Shown here: positions 57,603-64,000 of the stretch, in pieces | How the letters are laid out: every line of letters starts with the position of its first letter | Numbering within the stretch: the first letter of the stretch is position 1 | Source of the DNA: Trichodelitschia bisporula | Taxonomy: Eukaryota | Direction: 5' to 3' | DNA: 64,000 nucleotides | NCBI GenBank assembly: GCA_010356995.1 | Contig: ML996702.1 | Span: 617,609-681,608 of the forward strand | Program-made: the position numbers and the translations under genes | The notes under the pieces: model-generated | The model's database searches: none | What the model was told of the DNA's origin: nothing | The model's input: the letters and a program-made list of their open reading frames with translations, nothing else

Positions 57603-59927
57603 TGTCTGTCGAAGGAGGCTGGACATTTGTTGATATTTACATGGCGTGGGGTCGGCGGGGCGTGTTCTGCATATCCGCTCGTTTGGGCTGACGGGTGCGA
57701 GGGCGGTTGGTCGGTCGCTGCCTGGTGTTCGGTGAGGCTAGTATCATAATGCTAATATGTACGAGATGTTGTGCGGGTATGTGATGGCGTACGAGGACCC
57801 ATCTGGTGTTAGTACGCTAATCTGTGTCCGGCGCTCTACGGTATGGTTCTCATCCTTTGGTTCAGTAAGGGCTGATATGAGGTTGGTCAGTGGTCTGGTT
57901 TCGGTGCTCAACGGCATTGTTCGCATCCCTTTGTTTCTCAACGACTTACTGAATGCTCAGACGCTCATACGCTATCGGTACGGTCTCTTGCCACGCCCAC
58001 AGCATCTGGGTCCTCCGCCACTATACTTGTTCCGGTCCATCTCCGCATCCAAAGAGCCTTCGTTGTTCTGAGTCCAATCCGGCCAGCTGCTCTCATGATC
58101 ACGCTCAACCGGCGGCTCCCATCGACCGGCATAGACAAGTCTGCGTAGCTTCCACTGAGCTGGTCAACGCCGCCGCCATTCCATATCCCACTCTTCAGCT
58201 CCAGGCCCTTCTGGCCTGCGCTTACGGCCGTGTCTGTTTTCCGTGTCGCGGTGGGATCGAATGCGCACCGAGAGCCCTTCGGCATGCGAGCGATCGAGCT
58301 TCCTTTCTCTGTGGATTATCAGCGACCCCCTTGCAGCAACATCTCACCCCCGAACTGGCGACCCGACTTTGAAATCAAGGTATGTAGCGCGGCTAGGGGA
58401 CCGCCGGCGCCGATCTGGGTCCTGCTCGCTCGACCCCGCCTGGTTCCAGTCACCGCACTGCCGGCAGCTAATGGAAGCATCACCACAGACGTATGTAAAC
58501 AAGGAGTTCATGGTTGAAGATGAGATAGAAGACAAAGAACAATGGAACTGGATGGCGCAATATCTGCCACGTACCTCCTCCAAGCTCACGCAGCGTTCCT
58601 TCCAGTCCTGCCACCCGTCACTTCCCCAGGTATGTTTCTTCCGATTTTACCAATGCTCCTTCCTCAGTTCAGATCAGGAGCACGCGCTCCAGTCCCTTGG
58701 AGACACAGCATATCAAAGATGCTCAAAGAGCATCACGATTCACGTCCTATGCTTGGCCACAGCCGGTGACGCAATTCGCAGCTCGCTTACGAAGAAGAGG
58801 ACCCAATCCCAAACCCTTTTCCGAACAGAACCAAAACCACTCACCTCGAAATGCACCGCCTCAAGTCCTTCTCCGGCGTAGGCATAGTCAGCGCCCCCCC
58901 CCTGATGCACGTGCGAAGGATCACAAGACCGATCTTGAAAACGCTGTCCGCCTCGACTACAAGCATAGCCCCCCAAACGGGAGGGTAGTACGCGGCTCCA
59001 TCGACGCCAGTCATACGCAAGCACCTGCGCGGCATAGGAGGACTCAAGGGATATAGTAGTATATAAATCGCGATGGGGGAAGCCTATGCCTCTCTCTCCA
59101 ACCCACTCGAATCAAGCCGAAAAGGCCTTCTTCTGATATCTGCTCTATAACACTGTGCTGTGCGCCGCGTCTTTCGCCTCTCCGCAGCCCCTCTGCGCTT
59201 TCCGCCCCTTTTGCTCATGCTTCCTGGGAGAGATGTGGCTGGTGACCATTCCCGCCCGTCGGGAATGACGTTCAAAGATCGACACAGCGCGCCGATGCCC
59301 TCAGAGACAAGGCCAGACAATCGCGGCACGATATCCGAGAACTGGACTGCAGCAAAGCCTCCTTTGCCCATGCTTCCCGGCTGAGATATAGCTTGTGACC
59401 TTTTCCGCCATCTGGGAAGCTCAACGAACGTTCGCAGATCGCTGCCGCGCGCGGATACCCTCTGAAACGACAGGCCGGGACAGCGTCGACATGATTTCCG
59501 AAGATTTGATAGCGGGAGAAGGGATAAAGCTCGGCGCGTCACCGTTCGCGAGATGCAAGGGGTACATCTGAAGGAGGATGTAAAGGAAAAGGATGGATCC
59601 AGGAGGTAGGGACTCGGGAATCCATTACAGATGATATTAGTGTTAGACCGAATAGATCGTGTAGAATGCATGTTCTTACCTCTAACCGGAGCTCGTCTCC
59701 GTAACCACCGCATATATCCATTTTCCGCACAGCCCTCCTCCGCAGATATCCACCTTCCGCATATGCAACCTTCCAAGCCCTCACGGCTGCTTGCCCATGC
59801 GCAAGTAAAAAGTGAGGGTTTGATCGTCTAGGGATACCCGGTTAGGATCCTTACGGCCCGCTGAGGCCAAGAGGACCTACCCGCCTACACATCAGCACAA
59901 AAATTTATAGTCCGGCAAAAACAATCG

Positions 59928-59999
59928 CGACACCGATGGGACTCGAACCCACAATCTTTGCCACCGGAAAGCAACGCCTTACCATTAGGCCACGGTGCC
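59928..59999 (-). tRNA. tRNA-Arg(CCG), intronless
   Basis: ggcaccgtggcctaatggtaaggcgttgctttCCGgtggcaaagattgtgggttcgagtcccatcggtgtcg, with acceptor ggcaccg/cggtgtc, T-loop ttcgagt and a downstream T-run. Confidence 0.93.
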
Positions 60000-60403
60000 G
60001 ATTTTATATCCGATATGGCAAAAAGGCCAAACTTGATGAAGGACCAACCGGATGGCGACGGGTCTTGTACACATCAGCCCAAGAATAGGGATCAAGCGGT
60101 TCGGCCTTGTGGCTTTTCGGTCCCAGGGTGACAGGTGTGTTTGCGAAGCGGGGTGAGCTGAGGACCGCGACAAGTGGACCAAGAGCCGGTTCATATAGGC
60201 GGTCCATCGCCTCAATTGTGGGAACAGACGGTTACGAGATCGACCTAGGATGACACCTAGTCTTCTATATGTGTTAGTCGATTAAAGCTAACGGCCGCAA
60301 AACGGTACAGCATGTTCGACGATATCAAGTTCGTAAGGATATCAAACGCCTAAACGTACAGCACCAGCACCACCTGCCTCAAACCAGCACCATACACATT
60401 AAA

Positions 60404-61664
60404 CTAGATGTGCTTCCCGGTCCCGATGTGTAGCTTGTCGCGCAGCTTCTCCATCTTACTCGGCTTCTTGTCATCGACTGCCTCCGTCGGCTCCTCCGGG
60501 ACCTTGCCGGGAGTCTTGTGGATGCCCTTCTCCTCGAGCAGGCCTGATGGTCAGCGACAGCTCCCCAACAGGAACGGGTCAACTTACGAGTCGCCTCACG
60601 GCCCGCACCCGGCTTGGTGGCATCAAAGTCACCACCCTCGGCCGCAACCCCCGAAGTCTTGACATACTGCTCACCCGTGCCCTTCACCTTCCCATGCTCA
60701 CCTCCACCCTCCTGGACAGACGCTTTCCGCTCGGCCCGCGCCTTGTCTTCGTTCCCATCATGCATCTTCATCGGCTCGCCACTGTTATCATTCGGATCCT
60801 TGGGCAGCTCGCCCTTCTCCGCCAACTCCTCACGCTCCTGCTCCGTGCGCAGGACCTTCTGGCCACCGTCGTCAGCGACGCTGAATCCACGAGACTGCTT
60901 CGATTTGGAGGCCGGTGCCTCGCCCATCGCTTTCTCTCCCTCCTTCTTCACGTTGTCAATCGCACTCTTCTGCTCCCCCGTCGGCGCGTCTTCTGGCCGG
61001 TCTGCGCCCTGCTGCTTGTCCGTCGACTTGGCGGCATGGCCTGGGTGGGCACTCGCACTCGACCCTACTGTCCCGAAACCGCCAGCTGTAGTGTCCCGCG
61101 TCGAGTCAACTGCCTCTGTCGCAGCGCCGGTGGCAACGGAGCCGTGGTGAGGTTCCGTTGGGTTTGTTGCGGGAGTAGTGGTAAGGGGATTCATGTCTGT
61201 GTTTGAGGAAGCTGGAGGCGTTAGAATGAGCCAAGTATGAGAGAGGAGAAGACTTACTCTCAATCTCTTGCGGCTTGGGCGGCTGTTCTCCGGGTTTCGG
61301 AGCTTCGTTCAGGCTCAGGTCTCCGATCTTTGGGGTTTCGTCGTGGACTTCGTGCTTTGGGGCTTCTTCTGACTTCGTGGCTTTGTTGAGGTCTGGTGGT
61401 GTCAGCGCACATCTGAAGAGGGGTATATATTCAGGCCCGCGATGACGTAGCGTGGGTGTCACCTCTGCATCATCCACCACGCTAGCATGGGGGCTAGACC
61501 AAAGGGGAGAGGAGGGGCATACCTTCGACGTTCCCCTTATCGAAAGGGTCTTCAGCGGTGCCTTTGCCCTGCTCGCCGGCAACAGGTTCTGCAGCGGAGT
61601 CACGGCGCTTATCACCGTAAATGTAGGTTGTGGCAGTGTTCGCGAGGTTGGAAAGCGTGTCCAT
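60404..61664 (-). CDS. Hydrophilic, Gly/Glu/Lys-rich fungal stress-type protein (hydrophilin-like). Four exons, introns 61393-61522, 61212-61257 and 60544-60587.
   Basis: MDTLSNLANTATTYIYG...EPVAGEQGKGTAEDPFDKGN, STDKQQGADRP, GTGEQYVKTSGVAAEGGDFDATKPGAGREAT|RLLEEKGIH and KMEKLRDKLHIG. All three introns have canonical signals and join in frame. Confidence 0.8.
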
Positions 61665-61882
61665 AATTGCGGGTGTTTGTCTGGAGTGGAGAGTTTTTCG
61701 TACGTTTAAGGTGTTTGTTAGGAGTATGAGTGGGAGAGAGGAGATGAGCCACGTCTCTTTTATGCCGGCAAGTGGGGAAGGGCACTGTGGGATGATGTCG
61801 TGCAAGACGTCACTGCCCTTTGATCATCCGTACTGCGGTAGGAGCCTTGCCAAGTAGGGTTTGGCTTCCTTGCCTCAGCCCC

Positions 61883-61890
61883 TGACGTCA
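61883..61890. promoter_or_regulatory. Palindromic CRE (Atf1/bZIP-type) site ~220 bp upstream of the stress-type gene, with a CCAAT box at ~61920-61924 on the minus strand
   Basis: Exact TGACGTCA; its function is inferred from position only. Confidence 0.45.
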
Positions 61891-62819
61891 CGGCAGCCTT
61901 GTCCTCCAGCCCGCCCCTGATTGGACAATTCACCAGCGGCCCTTGTTGAGCTAGGGTGTACCTCCACGCGGGGGAAGTCTCCAAAATTTCCCCACGCAAA
62001 GTGGAACACTTTGAGAAGCCGACATTGCTGTAGCTTATTGCTGTCTGTACGGTATTTACTTGGCCAAATACTGACATTGCTGCCTCCGAGATCAAAGGTC
62101 GTTCAGAAGGTGCAGTCTTGCCGTTCCAGAGGTGGAATGAGCGAGACTGCTTCGCTGAACGGATTGAAGCCTTGCATAATTAGAGGTCAAAGACCAGCAA
62201 GAAAGTTCAGCATCCAGCCGTACAAATTCGACTCCCAATAAGAAGTCCATTCTGGTCGACAAAGACAATACTACCACTTTAAATCCGCAGGAAGGTGGAC
62301 GCCATCTAGGGCTGGAAGCTTCAGGTCTGACCGGAACGGACAAAATGTACCTACAAAAGAAACAACTCTAGAAACCAAGAGACTCCGAAAACGCAAAAAG
62401 GTCGAGGTACATATTATGACATATCCTTTAAACTTGGTTGTTCAGCTGCTACCATACCGGACAGTTGTTATGTCGGAGGGTCCAAAGGCTTGCTCGAGCT
62501 CAGTGGTACTGCACCCTGTACCCTGCCCTCTACGGGTATCGGACAAGAGTCCGTGAAGTGCGTAGCAATCCTTTTGAAAAGGTGGAATGCACGGCGTTGC
62601 AGTATGTAGTACCACACCGTCAACCCAGTCACGCTTGCAACAAGCGTCCCCTTGTTCCCACGAGCCTAAATCTCGCAGTGCGGACGCTGCACGCTCCGAA
62701 GGTGCTTGTTGGGAACAAGGCCGGGTGTGCGGGGGATCTGCATTTTAGAACTACCGTAGATTGGGAGTTTTATATCTGCGCCTGGTAAGCTCGGCGATCG
62801 GCCCCAGAAAGCGGACCGG

Positions 62820-63047
62820 GGCCGCGTACCCCACTAAGGACCCACGGGACCCACTATGACGTCACTCTCAAGATGGAATTTCCAACCAGCTGTGCTTCAT
62901 GTTGCTCGCAGTGAATAGACGTGTGACCTGTGGTTGTTTGCGGCCGATTTTGCGCTTCATACTGCTGGAATGCGGACATTTTATTGTCTGCAGCAGCTTG
63001 ATGGAACGCTTGTTTGTTGAACCTGTGATTTGAATGTCGGGGTGAAC
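62820..63047 (+). repeat. Second copy of the dispersed repeat at 44237-44392, with a ~55-nt internal insertion
   Basis: ggccgcgtacccc...gacccactatgacgtca...tggaatttccaaccagctgtgcttcatgttgctcgcagtg...cgcttgtttgttgaacctgtgattt. Confidence 0.75.
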
Positions 63048-63280
63048 CCAGCATTCCTACGCCCCTTTTCCGAGATGGAAAGCTTCTCCGCTATGGCCTT
63101 AACGATGTCGACTGCCGCAAGCCTATGCACCAAAACAGTCCTGTAGGCAAACTCAGTAATGTAGAGTCTGTCCCTTTGGAATCCATTCCAAGTTCTGTAG
63201 ATATGAAGCCATAGAAACTAAGCAAGAATTAGTCAAGAAATGTCCGTGTGATTTTTGATCTCGGGCACCTCAATGTCAAT

Positions 63281-63468
63281 ATCTCGGGCCGGCTATCCAG
63301 GATTTGGCATCTCCGCCGGCTCCCAAGGATTGGATATCTCCATCGGCTATCCAGGGTTGGACATCTCCGTCGGCCATGCAGGATTGGACCTCTCCGTCGG
63401 CTATCCAGGCATCGGCATCTCCGCGGCTACCCAGGATCTGATATCCCCTTCGGCTATCCGCGATTGAT
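63281..63468 (+). repeat. 27-bp minisatellite, about 7 units (consensus near atctccgtcggctatccaggattggac)
   Basis: Units read directly from the sequence; in ORF 63273-63467 they encode ISxGYPGLD-like nonapeptides. Confidence 0.9.
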
Positions 63469-64000
63469 GCGCAGCATCAATGAACGATGGAAGGACGACC
63501 TTGATGTCGGGGCGCTTTCTGCTCGGCAGCAGATGAGTGTGGCCGAGTCAAGCACCATCGGGTGGGCAGAAGGTACGGCCAAGCAGGGCACCGTCGATTT
63601 CACTCCAAGCAACGACGATCAACAACCGCCAGCTGCCTTGGCTTCCAAACTCCTTGCACAAGGCTGAGAGCACGGTACCTGCATCCAACATCTCATCAGC
63701 AAGTGCCAGACATGCGAACAGGCACAAGTGGATCGGAGAGCAGTACTCGCCATAAACGCTGTTCCTCCACTGAGGTCAACATATTTTCTAACGGCCCCCA
63801 CGTAGAAGTCCCAAGACCCCTGCTCGGATTCCACTCTTGGCGCCATTTTCAATCGCAACCACACATCGTGAGCTCGGCTACCCTCAACACGTCACCATAT
63901 CACAACAACCCCCGAGAGGAGCTGCTCGATGCCTCCCAGTCACCCAACTGCACCACCTCATTCTTGTGTTTATATCCCAGGCACGGTATAGCGACCCAAA

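Noticed and set aside
58290..58372. GLSATPLQQHLTPEL, resembling SNF2 helicase motif III
   Set aside because: An isolated short match with no other helicase motifs in neighbouring frames.
63281..63468. 27-bp repeats as CRISPR direct repeats
   Set aside because: The units are contiguous with no unique spacers, so this is a minisatellite.

Overview
This is eukaryotic DNA from a filamentous ascomycete (Pezizomycotina-type). The evidence is short GT-AG introns with CTRAC branch points and recognisable fungal gene families. Two assembly gaps are present (1530-2044 and 38519-38888). About 15 protein genes can be supported: a PNP_UDP-NACHT fungal NLR running off the left edge, NAD kinase, a FAM32A/DUF1754 protein, Pmp3 proteolipid, an HMT1-like ABC half-transporter, a C2H2 plus fungal-specific transcription factor, a Bug1/GM130-like golgin, a Yox1-like homeobox factor, a flavin amine oxidase, Vps38/UVRAG, Mhr1/mL67, a RING (Slx8-like) ligase, mitochondrial DNA polymerase gamma, LAG1-family ceramide synthase and a hydrophilic stress-type protein. 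There is also an orphan two-exon ORF. RNA genes are tRNA-Val(CAC), tRNA-Arg(CCG) and a ~200-bp-period tandem array of 5S rRNA genes. The last array copy is a distinct isotype with compensatory base changes in three helices, and three dispersed 5S relics share the 5' flank of the first array copy. The stretches 44.2-55.7 kb, 15.5-21 kb and 57.7-64 kb look accessory: decayed ORFs, local duplications, a dispersed repeat and minisatellites. The most notable observations are the 5S family, a structured non-coding segment around a telomere-template-like 11-mer (a speculative telomerase RNA candidate), a 27-bp coding-like minisatellite and an intragenic C-to-G skew switch. All alignments and translations outside the ORF track were done by eye; no searches were run.
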